DNA of 62,464 nt, filler included, from Choristocarpus tenellus KU-1152 (Eukaryota; Protista; Phaeophyceae), in assembly GCA_964200185.2 (NCBI GenBank). It is 11 parts of 11 records of this genome, joined end to end, with 100 filler letters (N's around TTAATTAATTAA, not from the genome) between each part and the next. Parts side by side here need not be neighbours in the genome. Positions count along the whole stretch, not along the records: positions 38,599 to 49,662 come from CAXNAD020002529.1; positions 49,763 to 62,464 come from CAXNAD020001732.1; 9 more parts are not named here. One strand, 5' to 3'. Positions within the stretch are counted from its first letter, which is position 1; the number at the start of each line of letters is the position of its first letter. A program made the translations under genes and the position numbers. The notes under the pieces are model-generated. The model searched no databases, had not been told where the DNA came from, and was given only the letters and a program-made list of their open reading frames with translations. Positions 49,393 through 62,464 of the stretch are shown here, piece after piece.

Positions 49393-49585
49393 TGTTACGA
49401 AACTCTCCGCAAAGCTTACCATCATGGGAAGTGTAGCTCCAATCCACGAGGCTGTACGTGCGTGATCAGGCTCGTACAGGGCGCCGTGAAGGATATGTCG
49501 TCGAATGTGCTGGATCTCTCACTTCAATTATTCACTTCATTGCTTTCATGTGGGTATAAAATGGGACTGAACAACCGCTCGTTCT
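49393..49585 (+). mobile_element. Solo LTR family D, interrupted by MITE B at 49586
   Basis: TGTTACGAAAC start; collinear with 41558-41750. Confidence 0.75.
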
Positions 49586-49990
49586 GACCCAAAGCATCTG
49601 GGGGCGGGGGCGGGGGCGGGGGGGGTCTACATTAGGGTGTCCATTTGGGGCAAAATCAGGAANNNNNNNNNNNNNNNNNNNNNNNNNNNNNNNNNNNNNN
49701 NNNNNNTTAATTAATTAANNNNNNNNNNNNNNNNNNNNNNNNNNNNNNNNNNNNNNNNNNNNTCTAGTTTCTTGTTATATTTCCCTATAAGCAGTTATTT
49801 TTTTTTTGTGGTTTTGTTTTTGTTTAGCATGGATTTCTGCTGGTGATAATTTGCAGTTTGGTCCCATATTTTGTCCAGAAAAAGACTGACCTTATTCTAA
49901 GATCGAGATACCCTTTCAAGTTATTTTGTGTTTCTTACCTTAGGAAGACTATTCCCCCAACCCCCAATCACCTCATTGGTGATACAAAAG

Positions 49991-52704
49991 GCAAATGAAG
50001 AAGATCTGCTGGGTAAGCTGGAGCAGATGCGGGAGATTATTGACAAGGTAGACCAGCAGTTCAAGGACCCGGACCGGACAACATTTGTGTGTGTGTGCAT
50101 CCCTGAGTTCCTCTCTCTATACGAGACAGAGCGACTGGTACAGGAGCTGACCAAGTTTGAGATTGACACTCACAATATTATTGTGAACCAGGTGTGTGTG
50201 TGTGTGTGTGTTGGGTTTGTGTGAATGTTCTCAGCGATTTTTTTTTTTAATGTATACATCCTGGAAAAAGCAGATTGTATTGTTAACAAGGATAATGTAC
50301 ATACATAATCCCAAGAAGCACTCAAGTATACACCCTTTCCTGAGCCATTGGTACTTTTGTTGTGTGTGTTTGGGAGTGAAATCTAAAATGATTTATTTAT
50401 GTGTTTGATAGACATGTGGACTATATTAGGAGGCGAAGATAAGGGAATAGTACACTCACTGCCAACATTTTGACACCCAAAAAACGTGTCAAAATACGGA
50501 TGCTTTGAGATACACTACTGTGGTTGTGTCCTGCTTAGGTCAGGAAGCACTAGAGGTTCCTGGGCGCTGTTCAACTGTCTAGACACGCCACACCACCCCC
50601 ACATGGGCCTTACTCTTCTTAGGGTGTGACTCCACAATCGATTTGATTGTAGAGTACACAGCCCCCTTTTCCACCTTGAGGAGTTCAGACTACACCCTTT
50701 CGCCTACGTTATGTACACCTTGCAATGATTATTGTATTGTGCAAATCCCTAAGTTTGAGTCGCCTGCAGGACTAACGGAAGCCTCGACTGTGTCTGTGAG
50801 GGACTTGCCTCCTGTGGATGAGAGGCCAAGGGTGATCTGTTGACCCCTAAGACCTGAAAGGGGGGGCAAAATCGAGAAGCCTCGATAGCTTACCACTGCA
50901 ACGCCTCACGTTTGCAGTACGCCTTCTATACATCACATCAACTCCGATGCGCCATCCAGCTTGTGGAACGAATTTGTTGTGACTTTGTTTTCCAGGGTTG
51001 TTGGTACCGTCGCTTGAGTGCCTGTATCCTTACCCGGTTGTGAGGGTCTCCTGTTGACGTGCCTCTGGTTGCTGTCTGTGGCGTTCTGGTTGCAGGTTCT
51101 TTTCCCATCGAAGGACATCGGAGACCTGCAAGAGTGGTTTGAGGGGGAGGAAGCCACTCTGAGCACTGAGGCCAAGAGCATTATCTGCAAGACCATGGCT
51201 CGCAAGCGCATGCAGGTGAGCCCATCCCAACCAGGACCATTTTTGTTGACTTTTGCCTCCTTATCGTTCAGTTTTCAGGATGAGTGCATTCAGTCGTTGC
51301 TTGTGATTTCTGCTGCTAAGGCGACGAAGAACATACGGGACTGTTTTTGCGACCCATTCTCCCCGGATTTTTTTTTTTCTGAAACGTAACCATGGTATCC
51401 CCCAACTGTCTTCTTTTCTACTTTGCAGGACAAGTACATTGGTCAGATCTATGATCTATACGAAGACTTCCACGTGGTGCTCATGCCACTGCTCGACCAT
51501 GAGGTACTTTATTTTGTTCATCTGTGTTTCAAATCCTTGTATCCATTTTCTGCCTCTGTTTTGTGTATTTTTTCCCTTGGCTGGCAGAAAACCCCCTGTA
51601 TCCCCATCTCATCCCATATGTGCACACCAGTTAAGCTACCTTTCTTTGCCTACATTATACTACGAAGATTTTTTCTTTATTTATCTTTTTGGTGTTTGAG
51701 TTCACTGGAGTGTTGAGGTTGGGTCAAATATGCTCTTGTTTATAGTAGAGGAAATGGGTATGGGCAGTGGGCGGGGAGGGGCTCTCAGCATTAGTGCACT
51801 CATGCATGGTGAATGATTTGGAATGTTGAGGGGGTGGAGGGTGAGAATATGCTTGGAGATCAATAGTTGGGAATGCACCGATCTTAGCACTGTGTCCTAC
51901 TGTCTTTAACTAGACTTGCTTGTATGTGAATCATACATCTCTTTTTGATTTTTAGAAAGTGAGTTAACAAAACTTGCTTCTATTTGGTGGGGGGGAAATG
52001 TTTTTGGTGTGCATGTATCTGACTTTCAGAACAAGACTTCGTGTAAACCAGGTTATTTCGAAAATATGATTCAGTGGTTGTTTTTGATGTTTATTCAGCA
52101 CCCCCAATTGTGAAAGCTAACTAAGGCAGGGTAAGCTCAGGTGTTTGTGTTGATGCAGGTTTCTTATTGTTCTTGTTCGTGATGAATAAATATATTTTTA
52201 ATATTAAAAACAAATTCAAAAGATGAATAGGGGACACGTCCCATTGGTCTGAAAGTACTCCCTTCAACCCTCTGCTTAAGTTGAATACCATTTTGGTGTT
52301 TTTTTTTTGCTCATTTCTATGATTTCAGATGTTAGGCCGTGCAGAGTGAACGTTCCGCTTGCATATATTGAGTACAATGTGGGATAAAATGGCTTTTCAT
52401 TACCCCCCTTACATACATCCTCATGCGCCTCCTGTGGTAAGATCCCAACAAGAACCGAATGTTTGTATCCTGTTAAAGTGTTCAGTTGATATAGACGGCT
52501 GATTGTACCCCCCTCTTTGTTGCCTCCCACAATGACACATATGCTGGGCTTTGCATTGTTCTCATTGCTCTTTTTCCTCTTAACACCATTTTTTGTTGCC
52601 AGGTACGAGGGGTTTCTCATTTGGAGGCGTTTTCAGAACTGCTCATGGACCCTGATGCACGGGAAGTATCAGTCCTTGCAGGAGTGGCAGACGCCACCAA
52701 ATGA
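49991..52704 (+). CDS. GET3: ATPase GET3/ASNA1 (ArsA family, tail-anchored protein targeting), 3' four exons
   Basis: Exons 49991-50191, 51096-51215, 51429-51503, 52603-52704, all phase 0 GT-AG; [68 protein letters not shown]; stop TGA at 52702-52704. Confidence 0.96.
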
Positions 52705-53655
52705 AATGCAGAATAACTCTGAGCCTTTAGTGGGTTACATATTGAGGGTGTGTATCCAATTGAAAACACATAGTAGACGTAAATTTGAGATTTGGTCAGT
52801 GAGTTGAAGGCCACTGCCACCGGATGTCATGACATACTTGGATGAAGTATGACCAACACTTATGTAGAGCCTAGTATGTATTTTGGTGGCTTGGCGCTCT
52901 CTGGCACAGCAATTTGCCCAACTGTGATCGTTTTGGTGACTGCTTAACATTTCTACATCTTTGCTGGGTTGGTGGCAAGGGGTACATACGCTGCAGAGAT
53001 GTCTCCTGTAATAACCAACAGTTGACTCCTTTGTGCCCTCATTTGTTTTGTTATGTGCTTGTTTTCTGTGTTTAGATGTCATTACGGTGTAGTTGAGGAA
53101 AGCGATGCTTGATCGTATGCCTAGTACCTGCTGCTTTGTACCCAAAGTCCGCAATTCTTGGCGGATTGAGTAGATATATGATCCTGTCTTTCATCTTCTC
53201 TTCCATCTCGATTTGATGCTGCCCACAGGAGGCCACTGGAAGATTTTATCACAGTATTGTCATCACAATGCGGTAGAAGTGTGCACAGGTAGTGTCTTGT
53301 TTTGCTGAAGTGGTGATCTACTGAAGTGAAGAACTCTGCCTCAACGAGTATTTCCAAAACAAGCATTTGTACTCTTTTTGATTGCTTCGAGTTGTGTTTC
53401 GTGTCTTAGTCCCCCCTTCAGACACAGAGTATCTACTCTTAAAAGCGCTACACCCTTCAATGGTTAAATTCAGGATTGATTAGGCATGTGTATGTATATG
53501 TGTGTGTAAAAGATTTACCAGGAGAAATATAAGGCAACATCAGGAATCAGGAATCAGTCACCTTCACTGTGAACCGTAGGGACAACCCATTTATCTGTTG
53601 GTAATCATCTCTTCTGCTACAAGGGCATTTTGATTATGTACCTCTATAACTGCCA

Positions 53656-54279
53656 TCATTTACACCTTGCTGTTCCCTCTTTATTTCCTCGCTGAAAGTT
53701 GACTGTACTCGGCGCTAGACCAAAGTTATCTCCGAGGTCGAGTCCCTGGCTGCGAAGTATCATTCGGATCATGGCATCGTGATGGAAACCATGGTGGCAA
53801 CAAAAGAAGAGCTCCCGCTCGAGGTTACTCTTAAAAGAGTACTCCTCTCCAGCCTGTCCAAGCATGAAGGATGGTGTCACCGTTGTTTCCCTCAGTTTCG
53901 CCGCCCCATCCTCCCTCTGAATTTCTTCCAATGAAATTACCAATTTATCGATCGCTCTCACGGCCTCTGCGGGGTCTACCTCCAAGCTCCCCCCACGGTC
54001 CCGTCGATCGTATCTGATAGGTGCTGAATCATGGTTTTCATCTGCACCAAGACATTTTTGAAAGTGGTCTATTGTGTGGCGTGTATGACCTCCTACACTA
54101 CCACCCACAGCCTCGTCCACAGCGGCGTAGCTGGCGGGCGTCAGACGAACAAGAATACACCTTTTCTCATTGAGAAAATTTATGGCGGCATCGACAACTT
54201 CACTACCACACGCACCAGCCGTAAACCACCGTCGAGTGACTTGATGAAACTGTCTCGAAAACAAACACCTAGCGGTCAT
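53656..54279 (-). CDS. DinB/YfiT-like four-helix-bundle metalloprotein, intronless, probable mitochondrial presequence
   Basis: GGSVGGHTRHTIDHF, YDRRDRG, SNLERELFFCCHHGFHHDAMI; Arg-rich, acid-free N-terminus MTARCLFSRQFHQVTRRWF. Confidence 0.85.
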   Translation of the reverse strand: MTARCLFSRQFHQVTRRWFTAGACGSEVVDAAINFLNEKRCILVRLTPASYAAVDEAVGGSVGGHTRHTIDHFQKCLGADENHDSAPIRYDRRDRGGSLEVDPAEAVRAIDKLVISLEEIQREDGAAKLRETTVTPSFMLGQAGEEYSFKSNLERELFFCCHHGFHHDAMIRMILRSQGLDLGDNFGLAPSTVNFQRGNKEGTARCK

Positions 54280-56752
54280 TTTGACTCTGCACCTGTTGCA
54301 GTAGAAAAGACACAACTATAGGCACAGTAGTATTCGACCTCAAAGATGGAGAAATACATACTGTTGGTGATAATCCAAGTTGAATTGGCGCGCGACTGCT
54401 ACGACGCGCGCAGCCCACACATTCAAACCCCCCAAAAAGTTCGATGGAGATGGAGTGAAGTCTTCAGTATCTTTTTGCTGGTTGGTGGTTATGTAAAGTT
54501 TCTGCTATGGTAAGTGGAAGGTCAGGGAAGAACGCTAGGATGTTAAAATAACAGGAAAGTAGATGCAGTGCATGTATCCGACCTCCAGGTCTCTCTTACA
54601 TCCGCTTGAACCACCACCACCACCAAAACAATAGAAGATAACAACAGGTAAGTATACCTAAGTAGGTATTCAGGCAACCAAATCAGTCAAGTACTGTACA
54701 CAACACGTATCCCTGGGTAGTAACCAGCATCAAGCTACCAGCAGTGCTCATTGAATGAATATGTTGTAACTCCCTTATCGTGATATCACTGTGAAATGGC
54801 AAGGCTCTATCACCAACTTGCAGTAAGACAAGACAAAATGTAATACTCGACAATACTACACTGTACATTGTTTTGTGTAGTATTACGTACTCCGTGATAT
54901 GACATTGTACATGCAGATCGCTACCTCTTCTTTGTTCTATTGCCCTCTTAAAATCTCGTACCATACATTGTTGTACTTCACGAAATATGTATATCCTCCT
55001 ATAGATACCGTAAGAGGAGGTTTAGATCCAGGTGGTGGAAGCGAGGCAGTAATAACATGGTGTGGGTTTTATGCAACTTACACCCAGTTGTGGTTGTAAC
55101 TAACTGGTAAGGAAAATGTCCAAAACATCAGTAGTTAGCATTCCGTTTCGGATCAGCCAGCACTATCAACAACAGTCACCTATTTGGTCCACCCCTTCCA
55201 GTGACAACAGCATAATTTTGCACAGAGATTCATACATTCATTCCTTGAAGTATATTGTTTGGTGCATACAGCTGCCAAACAGAGAGCAAGAAGAGTGGGA
55301 ATATGGGAGATTGCGGGATTCATCCAGATTTCAACAAAACATGATGAACTTAAATTACGATACCTCCACACCCACCCATTATTGTACATTATTACCAGAT
55401 TAAAAACTCAAAATTAGCTCTTTCTCTTCCAGATGTAAATCACACTCTACAATAACTTGTGCCCTTGAGTGAGAGTGAGTTTTCCGCCTTTTCTCCAATA
55501 TGCTGTTCAAAACACTTCTGACCAGCATGGCGGTGTTTTCCCTAATTGAACGGTTTGTAGAACAAAAGTGTATTATCCAGTGTTTGGACAGTCACAAACT
55601 TGTTATTGCCCTATTCGCATGCATCCTTGCTTGGGTGGTGTTCCTTGGATAATGATAGCTCAAGAAGAAAACCTAGACTATCTGATTTGCACATAAATAT
55701 ACATTATACTGCTTACACCTTCAATTTTTGTCTTGCCCTTTATTTCTATGCTATCAAAATGTTGCATAGATGTCCAGAAGACAGATTATGCTCTTTCTAT
55801 GGTCCCTTATGCCCAAGAACGTAATACTCACAAATAGAAGGGCAATATGTTCCGAGACATAGTGCAATTTACTATTTATGCTAACATATAGTACGTGGGA
55901 AATCACAGATGGCTCAACTAGATTTTGACATTGTACTCTCAATATATACCACTATGGAGTACTATGTACCATTGATCAACAGTACACACAATTGTACTCT
56001 GACAGTATATTGAACAGAGTAGGAACCCCTTGATGAGAACTGCATTCACACTCTCCAAAGTATCATGGGACCTACATTTATACTGCAACACGGTATATAC
56101 ATACTCGTTAGATATATTGTTGAAGAGAATAATCCCTTCCATGTGTCATGCATTGTTCCACTCCAGCAGTGTTTTTTCAACACTCTCAGTGGTGCATCAA
56201 TTGTATCACCGACATAATAGAAACACGCAAGACAAGCAGAGGGCATTTCCCCTCGAGGGTTGTAAACTGGAATCAGAACGCATCTACAGGTTTCCCTTTT
56301 CCTCTTACAGAAAATATTTTCCTTCCCCACTGCACTCATTCATGCGGAAGAGGAAGCACAAAGGCTTCCTCAAGTACAAGACAACAACACTATCTCAGGG
56401 TACTGAATACCTAAAAATACAGTTACAACAGAAATCTAAAGCATGTAAATCATACTGTGTCACCCCACCTGCATTGAACCACTACTCGATTAAGAAAATG
56501 AAATTAAAATCAAGAGCATTAAAAGCATCTGATAGCACTTACCACCATACTCAAAGAACTGCTTCTCACCACACGCATTTATACCTGCCCAGTGTATGCA
56601 CGGAAGCATTTAACAGTAACCTACACACATGATGCCTGTTCCATTGGATTTCAATGGAAGCCCACCTTGATTCCCCTCCACACGCCAGAAAAAGATTAAA
56701 CAGGAGCAATCTTTATCAAATAATTGGCTGGAAATTGATCCACCCCACTGCA

Positions 56753-59347
56753 TTAATTTGACCAGTCTTGCCAACCCGGATCATCATCAGAGATCACAAA
56801 ATTCTCACCAAAAAACTCTTTTCGTGCATCCCCCACTAGACTTATGCCAATCTCTGATGGCACGTGATCAGGGTGAATGGCATATGGGTCAATCTTAAGT
56901 GCCAACTCCTGCGCTACTACCTCCCCAACATCTAATGGGTCTCCCTCTTGAATCTCATCGTCTGCCTCACCCCCCTCCTCCATGGCCCAGAGAGTTGAGC
57001 TCAGATCATCAAAGCTCACCACCTTAGCAAGTCCATGTTGTACGTGGGGGGAGGGGGGCACAATATAGACAGGGGGACGAACAAGAAATGCCACAGAGTT
57101 ATGATATGTGAACAATTGGAGCATAATAGGACCCACCAGTAGGATGGAAAATTATAACTGTGGTAGGTCACTCTACATATCAACCTCCAAGACTACAAAC
57201 ATAAAAAATGCAGTAAAAAACGTAAAAATTGGGGGATCTTTTTCTGCCTTCGTAGATTGCTGTAATTGAAACCAAGTGAATCAGTTCTTCCACAAATGCT
57301 GGTGGTACTGCACTAGTTAACAATGGTATCCAACATGTGATACCTAGCTCTGGAAGAGAAAATACACACATGAGGGTTTCCACTCCACTTTCAATAGCAT
57401 ACCTGCATGTCTGTCTCAAAATCACTCTCAATTATGCTTGTGAGAGGTCGCAATGTTGCCCTGCAGAGCTGATCCACCTCAGCCTCTATCTGGCCCTGCA
57501 CGACAAATATATGACAAGTGTGTACGGTATTGTACAAACTCCAAAAAATGAAGGAAAAAGAGCATCACCAACAGGATCTTAGGTGTGTTGGGAGTATGCC
57601 ACCTACTTCATTGCAATAGGGTCAGCAATGGAACCATCAACAGAGGATTAGAGCCTCTACACCACCAGGACATCTCGTACATGTTCTCCTACTTGTAAGA
57701 TGGCAAAGAAACTGCCACCTTGAAATCTTTTTCAGAAGCAGAAGTCAAAGGTCACTTCCTCCTCATCCTCACATAGACTCTCCCGTATGACCTGATAAAG
57801 GACGCACAATATCCATTTGCTGTACATGATCTCAGTTGGAGTGGACAACACGTATGTGTAGTAACCATCGTGAATGATCTCCTGCATCTTGTCACATAAG
57901 TTGTATTGGAATGTAGGCTTTGAGTAGATTACAAGGAGACAGTTTGCCTCAAGAAGGTTGGGTAGAAACTAGGATCAGCATCCCTGGGAAACAAAGACTC
58001 TAAACAGGCTTGCCTCGAGTGACTTGGGTGCTTGGATAACTAGAAACAAAATTTTCTTGTACGGGTATTTCACAATAAGCTTCCAAAGCCTACCTCTCAC
58101 CTTGATAAGAATTCTAGAGTAAATGTTGGACCTTAAGATTTTGACAGACCCTCGGAGTCTTTTGATCCCCTCAACGTTGAATCGGTTCGCCAGGGCTGCC
58201 CGTTCCTCGTCATTTGCTTCCACAACAATGTGTCTGTTCAGGTGGGGTGTTAGTGAAGGGTAGTGATCAAGATAGTAATCCCTGTACACTCATGGTGTAG
58301 CAGGGTCTTCGTTCTGACGTCTTGGGGACAGGTGACGGTAAGCAAGCAAAACTTACTCATTCAATCACAAACACCAATGTACTGTGGTGAGGTTGACGAA
58401 AAATTGACAGGACAGCGAGGGTTGGATTCCAACACTATAATTGCGGATTCTCTGTCTAAAATATTAGTCGACGTAATGCCATCACCTGCATCATTGCCTT
58501 GGCACCAAGGGATGTTTACAAACTCGAAGAAACATACATAGACACCCACACTTCCACATATCAACCTCCATGTACATACTGTAGCATCAGCATGTATAAG
58601 GATCGACCCTTGTATAGAGCCCAAGACCATCACCGCTGCTTCTTTTCTTTAGGGTGAACTCGCGTTATAGCTGTATGTAACGACACGTCGATAGGGTACA
58701 TAAAGAACAAGGGGTGGCGCCTAGCCTCTCTTAGAAATGTGGCATGTCCTCAAACAGGCCCAGGATATTTGTAACGCTTGTTCGATCTTCAAGATCATAA
58801 TGAGAATAGGTGTTTTGAGTGCAATCGGATTACACAGGTACCCCTGAGATAGACTTCCACACTCAACGGTTTTAGAGGTGTCCAGCTCACTAAGGGGATT
58901 GGGTAAGCACCTGGATTTTCGTGAAAGATCACTTATGTCCTCCGGTCTGGAAAACTCAGGTGACACTAGCTCAGGTCCTGCCCGAAATCTTCCCCGCGCT
59001 TTCTCCAATTCTCCTTCATCATATTCCCGCCTTTTCCCTCTCCCCCCTCCCTTGCCTTTATCCTTTCCTTGGCTCCCTCCACCCCCTTTACTCCCACGCT
59101 TTCCGCCGCTGCCGCCGCCGCTCTCTCGCCTTATCAGCGTGAACCTTCTAATCTTTTGAGTGTCATTCCGGTTCCTGGACACCCCCCAACCGCCAACAGT
59201 GAAAGGTATGTCAGCCTGGACACCCTGGAGACCTCGTGAGACAATACCCTTTGGACGCGAGGGACATGATAGGGTAAAGGTATTGGCAGAGTTCACCAAG
59301 AGCAAGAGGAATGTAGACACCAGTTTCCACCAACAGAGCGTAACCAT
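56753..59347 (-). CDS. DUF177/YceD-family protein (rRNA accumulation), probably plastid-targeted
   Basis: Exons 59347-58911, 58233-58101, 57495-57403, 57022-56753 splice in frame: PEFSRP, EANDEERAALANRF, GQIEAEVDQLCRATLRP, LDVGEVVAQELALKIDPY; signal peptide ending ANT-F followed by a transit-like region. Confidence 0.85.
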
Positions 59348-59550
59348 ATTTCGTCAACAATTGCAGGAGTCCCACAAAAGTGTCTATCGACACTCCTCTC
59401 CTTGCGAAGCGTAACAGGGTAGAGTTTGAGGACCTCAGAGATCCAGTTGTCTTGAATCTTTTTCATCAATATATGTATGTGCTACTGGGCGTATACATCG
59501 CCCTGGAGCATACTTTGTGGCAACTTGGAGGGACTTATCAACCTGTCTGA
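59348..59550. promoter_or_regulatory. Probable short bidirectional promoter
   Basis: About 200 bp between the DUF177 ATG (59347, minus) and a candidate peptidase ATG (59551, plus); CpG-richer surroundings. Confidence 0.35.
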
Positions 59551-61804
59551 GATGTGGTGCAGGCTCCTCAATCCCGTCCGAGGGAGGAAACGACCGAGGT
59601 ATTGCACGATTGAAAGGAGCATCTTTTGCAAACGCTTTCCAGTATGGCACATGGCTGGACGACTGTGCAGAGCGAGTTCCAGGACAGCCTCGTCTTGGAG
59701 GTGAAATGTTAATGATGGGAGTCGGGAAAGGAATAAAAAGAGAGGGTTCGAGCTTTGCCCTCTTTCCACAGCATAGTTTTAGATTTTCAATATATCCTTT
59801 GATTGGGCTGTTTGACTTACTTAGCTTGGAGGTGCATCGGACCCGATCAAATTAATGCATTTCGTTGACTACCTGACCACGGCACAAATAGCACGAGGAT
59901 ATGACTCATCTGACCATTGCACAACCTTGTTCATTCCTGGCACATAGCAATGCTGAAGGGCACGGGGTTATGGGGGTCCTTGGGGTGTAGCATATGGCTT
60001 TGCAGTGTTCGTTGGAATGGGCTTTACTCACTTTACAGGGAATGGCATAGCTTTCTTACTGCCAGCATGAGCACAAAATGCTGCGCCAGGTCCCATGTCT
60101 AGATCGATGATTAGACTTGAGAGTTAACTTACTGCAGTGGCTTTGAGGTAGGGTGTGCTTCAACTAAGGATATTTGCTTAGTGCTAAATGCCGTATATTT
60201 TCCTATGTATACACTTGTAACGGGAACTACAATAGCATGTGCTCCTTGCAAGATATGATATGCAAGAAGTAGATATCTCTCTGAGTCGCCTAGCTCATGG
60301 ACCGTCTATGGCCAATTGATACTTTGTAAGGGATGGGGTCAAGTCTCCGGAGGCTCCTACCGAACGTAAGCATGGCGTTGACGATGAGTACCGGTGGATG
60401 CATGATTCGTCGAGTCGGGAGTTGCTTCAGCATTTGGAGGTAAGCAAGACTCGCCCCAAGCTCCTCCTACATTGGGGTTCCACGAGCTACAGCCTCCATC
60501 TGACCTAAGCCACTGTATTTGATACAATTTTGTCCTTTGGGCACTATCTTTCAATGAATACAACACAGAAAAAATGAAACCTCAACCATGCCCACCCCTC
60601 ATGTACCACGCTTCCCACCAGGACTTAACAGACAATTGCGTCCATAGGACCCATCCAATCCGTTTGCTACTCTCCTTTCCCTGCTCAACTAATACGAGCA
60701 TTTCATTCTCCAAACTCACTTGTACCCGTCTTTCCTTTGCGTAACTGTCAAACCCATGCAGCGGGAGAATCAATACTCGTCAGAGGTCCTTCGACCCCTT
60801 CAAGACAGGGTAGGGAAACTTTTCCGCTCCATGGTTGAGCGCCAACCACAAGCAGACACCAGTGTCCCCGAACAATCAGGTCCCTTCTTGTACTATACCA
60901 CATACGATGGGAACAAGGCATATCCTCTATATGTCAGGAAGCTGGTTGAGGGGGTCGGGGATGGTGAGGGTGAGGAACAGGTGGTAAGTTCTATTTGGGT
61001 ATCGTTTCTCAAGTTGCAACTATGGCCTCGCAAGTAGTAGATGTCTGGTGGGGTTCTGAGCAAGGAATGAGTGAGCGAGGACCCTGTGCTTTGTGGGTTA
61101 GTGATAGGCAGTTTGAAATCATGGACTTCCCACAGAGGTGGCGCACTCCAACCCTGTGTGGATGGCAAATATACGAGTTCGAGTTATTTTTTGTCTTACC
61201 CATTTTTTTGTCACTATTTTTTTTTATGTTTTTGTTGTGCTGCTTTCCTCGTACACCTCGCTATACCTTGAGAGCACCAGCGCCCTACAAGAATTTTTGA
61301 ATCCCTCCCCTTCTGAAGTGGCATAGCGTAAGGTCTGTCCTCAATCTTCAGTCATGACCACTCCAGACTACAATTTGAACGCTTGTCATGATGTGTCCTT
61401 CCACAGTAGTCTTGGGTTTGTATTGGACACTCACTTCAGCTAGTGTATTTTACACCTTTTTTTTGGTCCCACCTTTGCCATCCCATCACACCTCGATTCC
61501 CTCCTGCCCCCCTTCCTTCCCTTACCTTAACTTTGATGTTTCCAAGATCCTTGACTTAAATGAGCTCGAGTCCAGACTGGGTTTTGAATCGGGGGAAGGC
61601 GCCATACAAATGGGATTGATGAAGCTCTCTGCCGACCACTGCATGCTGGCGTGCACATTAGATTTGTATGGAAATGACCAGTTTGCAGTTGTTGTGTTTG
61701 ACCTAAGGAGAGATCACTGTGAGATCAGACATGAAGGATGTGCAAGAAAGGGCATATTGTGGACAGTTGGAGAACCTATAATGTGGGATAATGAAAGGTT
61801 AGAG
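59551..61804 (+). CDS. Oligopeptidase B / protease II-like S9A peptidase, 5' exons (continues beyond the window)
   Basis: Exons 60762-60983 (RENQY...DTSVPEQSGPFLYY...KAYPLYVRK...EEQV) and 61547-~61804 (ILDLNEL...MKLSADHCMLACTLDLYGNDQF) match the PtrB N-terminus and propeller; first exons (59551-59700) tentative. Confidence 0.85.
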
Positions 61805-62464
61805 GTTAGATGCCCCCCCCCCCCTCCCCCTCCTTTTCTAGTGTGTCATGTGCAAGCTGTGGTGAGAGTCAAGGGATTACCAAGTATCGAAGGTGCCCTC
61901 TGCTTGTTGATTAAAAGATTAAAACAGAGGGAAAAATCAATCTCAATTGTTTCTACAAGTACCTTTAGTCACTGTACTTACTGCTCGCTTAGTGCAGATA
62001 AGGGCCAGGTTAGGGCTGGGTGTCCCAAAGTGCATGCAACAGATGATGGGGTCTGCTCTTTTGCCCTTCACCTCTTTCTTATTCTCTATAGTACTGCTTT
62101 TGATTGAAATAAAAAATTTCAAGTGTTACGCTTATTCTTCCCCGTGTCAGCACCGAGAGTTGAACCAAAAAAAAAGAAGAAAAGAGTAGATCAGTCCATT
62201 CATATTTTTTCCCCTGGTACTTACCGAATGTGCAGAGGTTGTTGTTGTTTCTCCCCCCCCCCCTCCCTATTGTTTTTTGGGGGGTTTTATTAGTGGTTCA
62301 AGACCCTCATTTCTACCCCCTACTGGGGGATTGTTAAGCAGTAGTCTGTTACCGATTTCAGGGTGAAAAAAAGGGATGCCCCCCCCCCCCCCTCCCCCCT
62401 ATCCCTTTCCGAGACTCTATTGTTCTCTTGTAGAAATTGTTCTTTTTTTGTTGGTCCCTTCCCG

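Noticed and set aside
54400-56700. ORFs up to 200 aa between DinB and DUF177
   Set aside because: No domain signal or coherent splice pattern; likely UTR or intergenic, although a missed gene on the minus strand is possible
1-62464. Hammerhead ribozyme / retrozyme, giant-virus insertion or bacterial defence system
   Set aside because: A non-exhaustive manual scan found no CTGATGA...GAAA core with flanking stems, no viral hallmark genes and no operon-like ORFs; an Infernal/Rfam scan would be needed to exclude ribozymes

Overview
Eukaryotic, intron-rich and repeat-rich DNA. It is most likely from a photosynthetic stramenopile (brown alga or close relative), inferred from a bipartite plastid presequence, an NTT-type transporter exon and 72-nt single-LRR exons. 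The window is a concatenation of about 11 contigs joined by artificial N44-TTAATTAATTAA-N44 linkers, so neighbours across a linker are not necessarily neighbours in the genome. Bases 1-49.6 kb are mostly decayed and nested transposons: copia, gypsy, DIRS-like, CRE-like LINE, Tc1/IS630-like, possibly KDZ-like, several solo LTRs, and two related MITE families. The main MITE family has GAG...CTC ends and 4-bp TSDs (Sola2-like). Embedded among these are an RNI-like LRR gene, an NTT exon, a single-LRR exon cassette, tRNA-Glu(CTC) and an uncharacterised membrane protein gene. The last contig (49.8-62.5 kb) is gene-dense: GET3/ArsA 3' exons, an intronless DinB-family gene, a plastid DUF177/YceD gene and the 5' part of an oligopeptidase B-like gene. 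Best leads: (1) a TSD-flanked solo LTR carrying an internal tRNA-like Pol III cassette; (2) a 72-nt LRR exon cassette with repeated introns enclosed by a ~143-bp inverted repeat; (3) the Sola2-like MITE pair; (4) swarms of very short CRE-LINE 3'-hairpin insertions. All calls were made by eye with no database search.
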